Assembly (NCBI GenBank): GCA_020137815.1
Contig: CM035358.1
Coordinates: 310,001 to 374,000, forward strand
DNA: 64,000 nucleotides
Direction: 5' to 3'
Source of the DNA: Hormiphora californensis
Lineage: Eukaryota > Animalia > Ctenophora
A model generated the notes under the pieces. It was not told the DNA's origin and searched no databases. It saw only the letters and a list, made by a program, of their open reading frames with translations. Position numbers and translations under genes: made by a program. This document shows positions 1 to 21,889 of this stretch, piece by piece (the stretch's first letter is position 1; each line of letters begins with the position of its first letter).

Positions 1-422
1 CAGAATGGAAATGATTGCAGTACCAGACCATATTGTTGTAACATAACAATAACAACAGAAGATACGGCACATATAGGCAATATAACATAACTTATAATTA
101 ATGATACTGATTCTTTTCGGAAGTAAAGTCGGGTTTTTTGAAGTTATCACACTATGTTTATACTGTTTATATGGTTACCAGTTACCACAACTTCAAATGA
201 GTCCGCGACACTGTGGTATCAATTATCACTTGCCATACTGCCAGTTAAAAAGATCACGGGTGTATTTTTAACCTATCGCTACAATCTTAGTAGACAGTAG
301 GACGTTAAAGGTTGACAAGATACCAAAAACTTTTCTTCTATCTTTCTATTTTTCAGGAATTTTAAGCATTTTTTCAGATTGTTTGTCGTGTAGAAAAATA
401 TTCCAAAACAGGGCGCTTTCCA

Positions 423-794
423 GGTAGGCGGTAAATGTTAACCAGATCTGAGAGAAAACGTACGTGCAAAACCACGTTTTTGTCCATAACTCAGTCATTT
501 CTTGACCAATTTGCAAAATCTTGGGCGCGTTGGAAAGAGGACATTAAGCTCTTTCAAATGAGCCCAATAAAACTAAAATCGGCGCAAAATGCGCGGCGTC
601 ATGGCGCAAAATGCGCGTTTTCGCCACCACGCCGCGCAATTTGCACCAATTTTCATTTTCTTGGGCTCATTTGAGAGATCTCAATGTCCTCTTTCCAATG
701 AGCCAAAGATTTTGCAAATTGGTCAAGAAATGACTGAGTTATGGGCAACAACGTGCGAAATTCCCACAGATCTGGTTAACATTTACCGCCTACC
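423..794. mobile_element. MITE with 28-bp TIR and 9-bp TSD (Mutator/Merlin-type)
   Basis: TIR GGTAGGCGGTAAATGTTAACCAGATCTG. TSD CGCTTTCCA at 414-422 and 795-803. The body is largely a foldback. Confidence 0.85.
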
Positions 795-1024
795 CGCTTT
801 CCAGCACCACGCCGCACAACTTTTAACATTCTGATGCTGAAAAAGTATAGTACTGCGGCTGAAATCTACACTGGAATACCCTTTTTCAGCATCAGAATAT
901 TTAAAGTTGTGGCTTGTGCGGTGCGGCGCTGGAAAGCGCCCTGGTTTAAAATATTTTTCAGAAAAATCTAAAAAAATGCTTAAAACTCCTGAAAAATCGA
1001 AAAATAAGATAGAAGAAAAGTTTT

Positions 1025-1598
1025 AAAGGGAAGTAATTTTGATATCTCCTTCTGGTGATCAACACACACACACGCCCTCTGTACAACAGTTTAATGGGGA
1101 ATCTCACACATACACGGGCAGAACTCGGTTAAGGAGACATTAATTAGTATTCTGAATAATGAGTTCAGAGCAAGAATTAAATAGGGAAGAAAATCGAAAA
1201 ATACTGGGTTTGACCGGGAATTGAACCAGGGACCTCCAGAGAGACATGCTCGGAGCTATAAACCACTAAGCTACCAAACCCTATGTACTGATCGCATTTC
1301 ATCGCTCTATATTCAAGCTCCTGCCCTTAGCTAGACACCATGTGATAAAGGGAAGTAATTTTGATATCTCCTTCTAGGAGATATCAAAATTACTTCCCTT
1401 TATCACATGGTGTCTAGCTAAGGGCAGGAGCTTGAATATAGAGCGATGAAATGCGATCAGTACATAGGGTTTGGTAGCTTAGTGGTTTATAGCTCCGAGC
1501 ATGTCTCTCTGGAGGTCCCTGGTTCAATTCCCGGTCAAACCCAGTATTTTTCGATTTTCTTCCCTATTTAATTCTTGCTCTGAACTCATTATTCAGAA
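1025..1598. mobile_element. Inverted-duplication retroelement-like insertion containing a pseudo-tRNA (Penelope-like non-autonomous?)
   Basis: 223-bp palindrome arms 1150-1372 / 1376-1598. 29-bp direct repeat at 1025 and ~1347. TSD AGAAAAGTTTT at 1014-1024 and 1595-1605. Confidence 0.65.
1467..1543 (+). pseudogene. tRNA-like sequence (mirror copy on - strand at ~1205-1281)
   Basis: Acceptor stem GGGTTTG/CAAACCC, A-box TAGCTTAGTGG, B-box GGTTCAATTCC. The anticodon stem pairs poorly. Confidence 0.7.
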
Positions 1599-2068
1599 AA
1601 GTTTTAGGTATCTTGTCAACATTTTCATGCATCACACCACTTCAATGAAATATATCATGCAGACCCCCAAAGTTAAAAGCCCCCCCCCCCCTTTCGTGCG
1701 CTCGTTTTTTGTGCGCCTATTACAAAAAACTGTCAAAAACTGATAAATATCACATGCACATGAGTTTGGGGGTGACAACTTGAAAAATCCGACTTTATAG
1801 TTACATGTGCAAATAACAGAGACAGCAGATACAGTGCTTTAGATAAGGAGACTGCGGAAATACAATGCCGATATGGTTGTGTTTGGGACATATTTGTGGT
1901 CGAATGCTACCTATTTATTGAGGCACTTTTCCCTAATGGATCGGTATCATAAATACAGCATCAACCAACCATATGCTTAAGAAATCACAAAAATCGGAAC
2001 ATACATCATGTCCTCATACCAACGAAACCAGACATAATGTCTGCACAAAAATTTATATATAGAGCTAT

Positions 2069-2204
<136 letters not shown>

Positions 2205-2802
2205 GGAGAGAGAAAAAGAGAGAGGGGAGGGAGTGAGAGAAAGAAAGAGAGAGAAAGAGAGAGAACGGGAGACGGAAAGAGAAAAAGCGAGGGGGAGAGT
2301 GAGAGACAAAGAGACTAGGAGTCTACTTTTACACTATGGTTAATGGTATTCAAACTTTAGGAGTTTAACTTTTAGCAGAGACCCTGAATCATTTAGGCTC
2401 AGTTATAATTGTGGCAAAGCTGAATTGAATTTTAAAACAACATCTGTTGGAAAACCGGAAGGTAAAAGTTCTCAAACACAAGTACTCTGCCCAATAATGG
2501 TACTGTTTTTGAGAGCTGCTTCTTCTAGTTCGAGGAACCATGTGTGGACACCGACAATATTGGAAATATGGCTCACTAAATGGTGCATCTAACCAGCACT
2601 CAGACGGACCACACCTGTACCCATTTTAGATCTAGACAAGGTGACGTATAACTTGTCTTTTAGTTTGTTAATGTTAATTAAAAATCTTAATACTTAATAT
2701 TTGATTTTATTGATTTTAACATTTAAACGTATCTCAGATGAATGGGAAGTACTGACTACTGACTGCCTAATCTATATTCAACAATTTCAACCGGAGAACG
2801 GT

Positions 2803-2805
<3 letters not shown>

Positions 2806-2888
<83 letters not shown>
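2806..2888. repeat. (GT)n microsatellite
   Basis: Direct reading. A (CA)n tract also lies at 37448-37527. Confidence 0.95.
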
Positions 2889-2891
<3 letters not shown>

Positions 2892-3470
2892 CTTAAGTAA
2901 CGTAGGTAACCTGTAAATGTTGGCCCGATCACGTTGTTGTTAAACCCAACCCAAATGTAGTCTTTATTAGCACAGAACTCAACGACATCCGAAACACCCA
3001 AGACTAAACGGTAGTGAACACTCATATCGGCCGAATTGTCGAGCGAATATGGCCAACCTTCCACTTGTGAGCATATGATTACCTGTCAACTGTTGGTGCA
3101 CCCCGCTAGTTTGTGTATTTTACATTAAAATTTTCGTTTCTAATTGAATTTTAACTTTGAACTGTTTTGCAGTTATTAGTACGCACATTTACTAAAACTG
3201 GAGCATCAATTATTATAATAGTCTAGCATATTTAGATCGAGAGATAGAGAGCATCCATTTGAGAGGGCTCTACGCACTTTCCCAGCCACTGCGACTTGTC
3301 AGTATGATTTACATGGATTAGAGACAGGTTGCCTATGAAGAAGTTTAAGTGGGGTCCTCCTCGTTAGCGCCTTTAAATTGAATTCCTCTGTCCCAGAGTG
3401 AACAGCTGCTCAACATACTAGTTTACATTCCGACACAGTCACATTTCCATACGTTTCGTTTTCTACCACC

Positions 3471-4974
3471 ATGGTATGTAAAGATTAAATAATAAATACG
3501 ATTTATGTGTTAAAATGATTCACTTTTCACCTCTTAAAACTCGTACATTACATGACATTAATCGCCTTAAGGTATTTTCTACTCTGGTTATCGTGGCTGT
3601 TTTGTTAACTCCGCCTGTATTTTCTTCTAAAGAGGATGAGGTAACTACATGTTGTAACTGTAACTGTTTGAGCGCCACTTTAAACTTTGCACTTCTTTTA
3701 GTTTGACTGTCCTTCTAACGGGAGATTTGCCGACCAAGCAACAGCATGTCATTGGTACTGGGAGTGTCATAACGGCTACATTTGGTACAGAAAGTGTGCG
3801 GTAAGTAAAACCTCGCGAGGTTGGTAGTGGGGGTAGGTATCAACCAACTTAGCATTTCAAAAAGTACAGCAATTTAAATAAGACCAGTACAAACTGCAAG
3901 TACAGGATCGATAGTCAGTCAAACAGTGTTGCCCCGCAAAAATGACTGGAAATCTCCAGTTTCGACACAACACTATTATAATCCTCGATCATAAGCACAA
4001 CAATTTTTTAAATTGGTATAGTTCACGTGTAGTTGTGACACAGATACAAACAGCAAGATGATATTGCAGTTTTTGGAAATCATTGGATCAACACGTGACA
4101 ATAATACCCGTCCAATCTACCTAACCTTGATTGCACTATGATTATTACAGGATGGAACGGTCTTGAACGAGCGAACGCAATACTGTGATTGGCCCTACAA
4201 TGTACCTGAGTGCTCTGAAAAGCCTACCCCCGAACCTACAACTCCTGAACCTACGACTCCTGAACCTACGACTCCTGAACCTACAACCCCTGAACCTACA
4301 ACCCCTGAACCTACGACTCCTGAACCTACAACCCCTGAACCTACAACACCTGAACCTACAACTCCTGAACCTACAACCCCTGAACCTACAACCCCTGAAC
4401 CTACGACTCCTGAACCTACAACGCCTGAACCCACGACTCCTGAACCTACGACTCCTGAACCTACGACTCCTGAACCTACGACTCCTGAACCTACAACCCC
4501 TGAACCTACAACCTCTGAACCTACGACTCCTGAACCTACAACCCCTGAACCTACGACTCCTGAACCTACGACTCCTGAATCTACGACTCCTGAACCTACG
4601 ACTCCTGAACCTACAACCCCTGAACCTACGACTCCTGAACCTACGACTCCTGAACCTACGACTCCTGAACCTACAACCCCTGAACCTACGACTCCTGAAC
4701 CTACAACCCCTGAACCTACGACTCCTGAACCTACGACTCCTGAACCTACATTCTCTCCGCCACAGGTGCTTTTAAATTTTAAATTTATAACTCACCCCGA
4801 TATATGCTATAATAGGAGTGGCCGCGTTTAAAACGCACATGTTATTAATAGGTGTTGTTTCAGTGTGAGGATGAGTGGGGAGAGAAGTGTACCACCTTCC
4901 CTCACAACAAGTTCGTTTGTAATCAGAATGACAACATGTGGAGGAGGTGCAGAAAAACATGTAACAGATGCTGA
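3471..4974 (+). CDS. Secreted chitin-binding (CBM14/peritrophin-A) + EPTTP mucin repeat + ShKT domain protein
   Basis: Exons ~3471-3473, 3572-3640, 3702-3800, 4151-4765, 4864-4974 with GT-AG introns. Signal peptide, then CPSNGRFADQATACHWYWECHNG..CADGTVLNERTQYCDWPYNVPEC (6-Cys CBM14), ~35x EPTTP, and terminal CEDEWGEKC..C..RRCRKTCNRC* (ShKT). Confidence 0.85.
4232..4750 (+). repeat. 15-bp coding tandem repeat (EPTTP)n
   Basis: GAACCTACRACYCCT units; variation is mostly synonymous. Confidence 0.95.
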
Positions 4975-5217
4975 TAATGGAGTACCACGTGCTGATAATT
5001 GTGTAAATTTAAACTTTTCATCTCACATTGGTTTTTATAACTCTTGTACATGGATCAAGTGGAACTCGGAACTCGATTTAGGAAAGGTATGCGTGTGTGC
5101 GTGAGACTCCGGTAGAGACCCAGGAGTGGCCGGAGAAGATGTGATAGTATAGAATCTTGTTTCACCGTGAGAGAACTCTGCAAATTCCTGCACAGTGTCG
5201 CTGTTTTATCTGCAATA

Positions 5218-6152
5218 ATGTCATATTTGTTTGCACTGTGTCTCCTGCTCACAGTGGCAGAAGGAGTAGATTATGGATTGCAACTGACAGGTATTATTTA
5301 TTATACTTGTTATGTTCCCTCCTTTACATTTGTAAAAGAGTTTCCTGTGTGGGGCGCGGGGAAACAGTGTCGAGCAATACTGCGATTACATGCCATGGGT
5401 CCGGTGTTCACAAGTTGGGCAGTTATATTATGAAGGCAGTAGGCACTACCTACTGCCTACATAATACTAGAACTGTATAGAACACATGCTAATTAACTGA
5501 TTTCACTTGTCAGCTAACTCGAAAGTGAACTGGGTGGAAAACAAGATCGGGTATGCAGTGGGTATCAAGGTGGGAGATGTCCTATCAGCCCGATTATATA
5601 AAGCACCCGGCCTGCACACCATATCTCTTACAAAGGAGGATAGACGTGATCTCCTTGAAATTAGGTACAAACATCAAACATGTTCACAATAACACATTGT
5701 ACACAACACATTATACAACTACAAGTACCTTTATTATTGGGACAGGTTTCGATTAGATAAGACAACCATTATTCACAATACACGATGTGAAGGCTACGGT
5801 ATGAACTACGTTCAGTTTGTCAACCCTATCTCCCCTGTATCTCAAGTAAGTGATACAGCATGTGGTACAGGCATTGCACCTCGTTAAACATAGTTTCGAG
5901 ATTTCAACTGAATTATTTAGATTAGAGCTGTTGTTCCACTTAACTTGCAACCAGCAACATTTATAATTGTTTTGAATGCATGTGTATATGTTTTAACCCT
6001 TTCAATGACAGTCATTGAACGACTAATGACTATAGCATCTCAGTTGCCCTGGAAATTGAAGAATTCAGATTGCAAGGGCACCCTTTATTAACACACAAGT
6101 TTTAGGTAGAACTGGAGTTTCAAGAGAGTGGAGTTTTAGTTCGATTATCTAA
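5218..6152 (+). CDS. Putative small secreted protein of unknown function (multi-exon, boundaries uncertain)
   Basis: MSYLFALCLLLTVAEG signal peptide, then GT-AG-bounded open segments at ~5341-5421, 5514-5664, 5746-5845, 6069-6152. No family recognised. Confidence 0.5.
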
Positions 6153-6221
6153 TGAAGGACCTAGTGAGGTGAGTAGTACAACATTCAGTACACTGTGAAA
6201 ACATAACCGATATATTAATAA

Positions 6222-7112
6222 CTAGTGGGCCCGTTCGCCCTACGGGCGAATTTCGGGGAAATGGTAGCTGGATTAGGGAACGCTGACATCACCTGCACCA
6301 TCCGTTCCTAGCCTATCTCTCACTTTCTTCCTACCCATGTTGTTGTACGCTCTGGGCTTCCTGACAATGTCAAGGTGCGAATTTAAGAGATCAATGTCAG
6401 GGAGGCGCAGTGCTGTTCCAGAAACTCATCACGTGAAAACTTGGCCGCTATGTAGCCAATTCGGAGATTTCTATATTCGATTGGAGTAATCACCCTTGGG
6501 CGACGTTGGGTAAAGCTATCAGTATAGTCGTTGATTGGCTCGCTTGAACACGTTGGCGTAATCTGTCATATTCTCTAGCCTGCTCCCTGACAGCAGCAGT
6601 TCTCCTGGACCTAGATAAACGTTGCCGAATAGCGCTTGGGGTGGAAGAGCTAGACATCAGGACAGTAAAAGAATGCACGTGCAGAATTGAATTCGCCCTT
6701 GGTACCCAACTACAACCGGCAGATAGGTCTCCAAGTCTCTCTAATAATTGCACGTGCAAGTGTAGTTGCTAGGTGATCACCGTTACACAATTTGCTTAGT
6801 AAGTAGTATGATACTGCCTAGGTGTTGGAGTTGCCTGGCTGTGAAGTTCCCTGGGGTGAGGTGAGTGAGATAACGTTTAGAGGAAGTTGTTCATCTCGGT
6901 GGGGAAACTGGAGAGCGGTCCTACTGACTCGGAATGAGTAGCATTCATCTGCCTACTAACTATTGCGGACATTAGTAAAAACCGGATACTATGGAATACT
7001 TGTGTGAACATGAGACATTGTTGGGGCGTCATGTTGGTCATGGAACTGTGTGGATTACCAATAACATCTAACAAACAGACGGAGAAGTTTCTATATTTAA
7101 AAAAATATTAAG
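6222..7112 (-). mobile_element. Non-autonomous Helitron-like element
   Basis: The - strand ends in hairpin TTCGCCC-GTA-GGGCGAA followed by CTAG|T. A highly similar ~600-bp copy lies at 57397. The 5' boundary is approximate. Confidence 0.75.
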
Positions 7113-7608
7113 TGGTGTTTGTTGATTGTTTGTAAGATGGTTTTATGTCATACAATCATAATGACTCGTCGAATACGGGGTTTAATAAATAAGCAGATAT
7201 ATGTGCACAGATATCTCCAGTTAATCAATGTCACACAATTTATAACCAAATATCCACATTTTCATTTGAGTTCTATTTTGAATTTTAAGTGTTCTATTTT
7301 CAATCCCAACTGTTTGACACCTTCCCATGGTATAAAATGTCCCCATCATACAGTCACAAGACTCACGGTGGGAGGAAGCCCCCTACTACCTCAAGATACA
7401 AACACTACCAATACTAGGATACACAGTATAAAAAATAACTTACCAAATCTCCCCGGAAAGCTCAAATATCAGGCGGATCTGAGGATAAGATTGGTGTCAA
7501 ATCCCGTATGTGTACTATTGGTATGGGAGTGTGTTTGTTAGAAATTATTGGACTAGCGTGAGCCAAGTATGTTATATTGGAGAATGGAGTGAGGGAGAAT
7601 GAGGGTGA

Positions 7609-7650
<42 letters not shown>

Positions 7651-8134
7651 TAGATAGAAGATTTATTAGAGAGTGGTAGAGAAAAGAAGAGTACAATAGC
7701 CCTAATAGAGATGACATCTCATTATTTTGAGGTAGACTGATAACCCAACTTATGATAACACGCACGTATTGTTCCTACCTCGCCCCCTCCTTCCTCTGTC
7801 TAAGTTTCTTCTTCTCTCCTCTGTCCCGTCTCTATCTGTCCCTCTCATCTCTGTCCTCTCTTCTTTCTCTGAATCTCGTCGTTTCATTCTACACTCCTCT
7901 ATCTCCTTCTCTCTCTCTCTCCATCTCCTCGTCTCTGTCTTTGAAGTCCTCTTCTCTCTCTCTCTCTCTGTCCCTCTCTCTCTCTCCCCCCACTCTATCC
8001 CATCATATTTTGAGCTCTTTTCCGTGCGATGATGATCCATGGAACCACTAGGGCAAGCCAAGTAGGTCACTGCAGTAGCAAAGTAATTATACCCCTTTCA
8101 GAGCCTGTTGTAGTAGAGATCGGCACCTGACAGA

Positions 8135-8196
<62 letters not shown>

Positions 8197-8714
8197 GAAA
8201 GAGAAATAGAGATGTAAGTATAGAGAGAGAGAGAGAAAGAGAAAGAGAGGATGAGGAAGAAAGATTGTACAGAAGAGACTGTGTTGTAACTGCACGTGAT
8301 CGGTCTCATGTGACAGTCTCTAGTCAATCTCTGTTCGGGACTGCTCTACCAATATGGGATAAACCCACGCGTGACATGTCATGTGACTGCAACCCTGTCC
8401 TCTAATTGGCTAGTGTTGTTTCGTGTGCGCGCTCTCGACTGCACCACCACCCCATCTCTCACACCTGCCTCCTCCATACTCTGTTGCTATTTCCCTCACT
8501 ACTGGTTACCCCCGACTCTCCCAAGATTCCATCCCAACACGACCTCCGAAGACGCGCTGCCCGTGTGTCCGCAGCAGGGCGGGCCGCTACAACCGGAACA
8601 AGTGAGTGGGTAGGAGAGTGTGGGCGGTTATTATCACGTGATACACATTCCACGTGATCTTTCTCTCTCTTATCATATAGCGTCACACACACAGCGAGAC
8701 AGGAGACAGTGAGA

Positions 8715-8754
<40 letters not shown>

Positions 8755-8755
8755 T

Positions 8756-8834
<79 letters not shown>

Positions 8835-8989
8835 CATATATCGGCTTGATTTTTTTGTTGCACTCCATCCAAGTCGAGACTGTAGACGTTGTTGGGTTGC
8901 CCTTGTGTTAGCTTGTCAGATGTGCATATATTGCTCCTTTTGTGTAAGGTTTGAACAAATTTAAAGTGCTTACACACCTACTCCCCCCG

Positions 8990-13769
<4,780 letters not shown>

Positions 13770-14998
13770 ATAATGTTTGCATCACACAGCAATGTCGTGA
13801 ACATTACTCAGACAACTAAGTTTTATATGGGCGGGGTTCGATACCCTTAGTTTTTTTTGGTGTTATTATATTTGAATTTTCCAATATCTTACATGTAGTA
13901 AGATTTGACTGGTTATTGTATGGGATTCTTTTAACTGCCCAGATAATATTGACTATTGGAGTTATTATCTCCAAATTGTGGTTTGAAAGGAACACTTCAA
14001 ATGCAAAACTGTTAGATAGAATATGCAGTAATTTACTGTGAAGGGGTTAACTTATTACATGTGTGTCAGCTGTTTTTACCAAAATAACATTTGTACTATA
14101 AGAGTGCTCTGTCGTGTTACTATTTGTTAATTTTATATCGGTTAAATAATCAAATCTTTTAATTTGTCTATAAAACTAAAATGCAACATGGATTGTACCG
14201 GGAAGCAGCACCTAGTGTGCGGGGCTCTATAGCATGTTGCCATGGCAACCTATCGTTTATTAGGTACACCCCGGAAACTAGGTGCCCAGTAGAGAGAGTG
14301 GGGGAGCTCTCTCGATGAACCAGACTCTCTTCACAATAATTGCTCTCTCAGGACTGGTGCACTGGGGTCAGAGAAAGTGAGAGAGAGGGAGAGGAATAAA
14401 GGGGGAGAGAAAGGAGAGAGCAGAAAACTATAGGGCACGGGCATCATTCGTCTACTCTTCCCTGTAGTTGGTGGTGTTTAATTTTCGTCTACTCATGAAT
14501 CATGACCCCGAGTGTAATACCACACTTCAAGTTGTATGTTGAGATCTAAGTCGTCAAAATATTTCTCCTATCAAATATTTGTCAACCATTGTCATCCTTG
14601 TAGAGCTATGTAAAGTATGGGCTGTTGACAATACATCCGACCCCGCCCTTTTTGTCAAAACATTTAACGCCAATCAATTGGTTGCCACATCCATTTCCAA
14701 ATTGTAAATCCCATTAATGGGATGCCATTCAGTTAGAGTTCCCCTAACACGGTCGCTTGTAGTGGGAAAACGGTAATGGAAAACGGAGATACAGTAAGAC
14801 GACGTGCAACCGTGACCAATCAGGGCGCTAGTACGTGCTGAACACATGCACTTTTTGCCGCACGTTATGCAACGTGCGTGTCTCCTTACTGTATTTTCAT
14901 TACGGTAATACGACTACAAGCAGCACTGTAATAGAGATCCAGATTGTAATAGAGATCTTCTTAAAACAGTTTCTGCAGCTAAAATGCGTATTCAATGA

Positions 14999-16159
14999 AT
15001 GGATACAGTTACACAAGAGAAGACTGACTGGTTTTATAAAGGAGCAGCTGTAACAGAACCAGAAGTAGAAGAGTTCCAGAAAATACGATCTGCAATCCGA
15101 AACAAAACTTACAAACAAAACGCCAAAATGATACACCGAGATTCCAATTCATCAACCGCGGAACCTCGGCGTTCAAGGTAGGCCATGTTTCTGTTGTATT
15201 TACCATGTTTGCTCGAATCAATTTTCCTGTGTACCCCAGAGTTAGATTACCCCTCAGTTTTTTTTACTCAACGACCAACATTTTCCATCAGGACACAACA
15301 TTCTGGAACGATCAACAGATTGTCGAGTGAAAGTAAGAGATTATGGGAGAAGCCAGCAGTGAGTTCCAAGAGATTACCAAGCCTTCCTGATCGAAGATGG
15401 GCTATTACAGAAACTCAGGATAGTGATGTTAGTGATCTGAAATCATCTGGTTCTGCAGGGACATCATTTGAGATATCACCATTAATGAGCAGTTCAAAGC
15501 AGACCCGGAATGCTCGTTATTCTTTCCAGAGGACAGTTAGTCAAGGTAAGATATAGACCGTGGGAAAAAAGAGCTGCTTCCAAAAATAGTGTACCTTCTA
15601 TATCATCACACAATGTTTTCAGTTTTAAATGCTCTATTTTTTCCAGCTCTCTTTTTGCTATTAACTACTCAACCCTCACTTGATCCATCTAACAGCTCTC
15701 CTTCCCACTGTTCATTATCCTCGTGTGTAATATGTCTGCCAAGGCTAAGTTGCTGAGTATAAGTGGTTTTACCGGTAGCAAAAGACCCGTTAGAAGACCT
15801 AACAGCCGTACCTCAAAAATTAGAGACGTGTTTTGGGCTAAATTAATAAGCGATGGTAAATAGTTGTCTCAAAAAAAAGATTGTCCTTTCCGAACCGGGC
15901 CGAATTGGTTTTATTGCCGTTCACTGTTCTTCTGTTTTTTGGTACATGTGCCAGTACACGATACCTCCCTGATTCAGTGATACGCCTGGATGCTTTTCTA
16001 TTTGATAGTGTGATAAAATGTCCAATACTTTCAGCTCGTGATATACTAAAAGTGTGCGAGGAAGTTAGTGAGCTGACACGCGAGTTTACCGATGAAATTG
16101 CCGGACTTGAATACCAAGTAGTAGAACTACCAGGTAATTGTGACCCACCATGCCAATAA
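14999..16159 (+). CDS. Hypothetical multi-exon protein; 3' structure unresolved
   Basis: Open exons 14999-15177 and 15292-15545 joined by GT-AG. A further candidate exon lies at ~15955-16133. Confidence 0.45.
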
Positions 16160-16516
16160 CCACAATAAATTTCTAATAAAGATTCCACTCCCAGAGACCT
16201 GCCGTAAATTGGAGGGTTACGCGACGGATATCCTTCACCAGCTAGGAGACAAATCAACATTTGCCATTTGAGATCTACCACACCATTATTACTACTACAC
16301 ACCATTATTACTACTACTACCACTACCCAGTACCCATGCTTGGTAACTCAGCTACTCTTGGAGTTGAAACCCATGGCTACCCCTCTTCCACTCCTACATT
16401 AACTCTTTTCAACTGCTGCAACATGCGAGTGCAGTAGGGGAAAACTGGGTGATGTGACATTGTGAAATGCTAACAACTGACTCTCACTGAAAATCAGTTT
16501 GCGCGCCTTACCTAAA

Positions 16517-17133
16517 GTTTTAGTGAGGTCTTCGGGATATAATCTCTCCTTTTACATTTGATGATTTTGCCTGCTCCATATCGTCCAAATATCCCTCCAG
16601 CTGAGCTTGTATTTCCCATTGATCTTGAACCTGTAAATAATAACGTTGTTCTCTCTGAGTGTACAGTCGGACCCCGATTTACCGGAACCCCGATTTACCG
16701 GGATGATAAACTTCCCACAGCATAAGAAATTAGCGGTTTTTCACCCCGATATACCGGGTACCCCGATTGACCAGACAAAACTCGTTCCCCCAAGCATCCC
16801 GGTAAATCGGGGTCCGACTAAATAAGTTCAAGCAATAACATGAGGGTGTGGGGCACCAACCCTGGTTTGAGTCTTGACGGAGGGGATGGGGGCACTAACC
16901 CTGGTTTGAGTCTTGACGGAGGGGATGGGGGCACTAACCCTGGTTTGAGTCTTGACGGAGGGGATGGGGGCACTAACCCTGGTTTGATTCTTGACGGAGG
17001 GGATGAGGGCACTAACCCTGGTTTGAGTCTTGACGGAGGGGATGGCCTCGGTTGTTGGACCCTCTATAATGGTGAAATCAGGGCTGTCACGTAGAGGCCC
17101 ATATTGTGTACTGTTTACAGACTGACCTTGCAT
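16517..17133 (-). CDS. Hypothetical short spliced protein downstream of COG4
   Basis: MQGQSVNSTQYGPLRDS...VKTQTR|gttagt joined in phase 0 to acag|VQDQWEIQAQLEGYLDDMEQ... No homology recognised. Confidence 0.35.
16664..16819. mobile_element. Tc1/mariner-type MITE
   Basis: TA|CAGTCGGACCCCGATTTACCGG ... CCGGTAAATCGGGGTCCGACT inverted ends. Confidence 0.8.
16851..17045. repeat. 39-bp minisatellite x5
   Basis: GGCACTAACCCTGGTTTGAGTCTTGACGGAGGGGATGGG units. Confidence 0.95.
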
Positions 17134-17423
17134 CACTCGCCACCCTGAGGGGATTATATGTTAGGAAATTCAGAACCAAGACAAAGGGTTAAACTGTGGC
17201 TGAAAGGGGTTTGTAACATACTTGACATAAGTGTCCGGCGGTGAAGAAGAGGCAGGGACCTGGTGACAACTTTTAAATTATTCATCTAAATTGGGGGGTT
17301 AAATTATATTAACTATCAAACAATTATCACCGACTAGAGAAGAGAAACATCAGTATTAAAACAATAACATAACCAAAGACACGATTAACTAAATGGAAAT
17401 ATCAAGAAAAATAAATTGTCCTT

Positions 17424-21356
<3,933 letters not shown>

Positions 21357-21889
21357 GATTCTATGATTTTATGATGATTTAGTACTGGTCAAAAAATGGC
21401 AAAGGGTAGGTTTCCAAGCATGTGGTGCTTATCCCCGATTCAAAGCCCTAAGCTATTATATACCGAGGTACTAAAGTAACAGTAAGGGGACCAACCCTAT
21501 GTGCATTGTGCCGGGTAGTGTGACGTTCCGGCATTAGATCCCGACAGAGATTACAAGATTACAAAAAGATTACAAATACATATAAATGAATAAAAACGCA
21601 CTAAGCAGGGCTTCCACGTGATTATGCGATATGGCCTATTGAGTGACCTACTTCTCCTCAGTGACGCTACCGCTTGTAGTCGCATTACCGCAATAGAATT
21701 ACAGTAATGAGACACAGACTTTGCATAACGGGCTAGTGGAAGCTCTTACGGGTTTCGACCGTGAGAAAAGAGAGATACATAAAAAAGTAAGAGAGAAAAA
21801 TTTCTCTCTCTTAGTTTTTCTATCTATCTCTTTTTTCCCACGATCGTAAACTTTCCCGTCCGTGGGAAATACCGTAAAAGCTTCCAATA

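Larger units (their letters stand above)
126..1795. mobile_element. Non-autonomous TIR DNA element (TA-flanked) hosting nested insertions
   Basis: Imperfect TIRs AAGTCGGGTTTTTTGAAGTTATCAC / GTGACAACTTGAAAAATCCGACTT with TA on both sides. Further internal inverted segments (311-420 vs 930-1024/1600-1620). The same end recurs at ~22511-22542. Confidence 0.65.

Noticed and set aside
1467-1543. Functional tRNA gene
   Set aside because: The anticodon arm does not pair well, and the sequence is embedded in a mobile palindrome.
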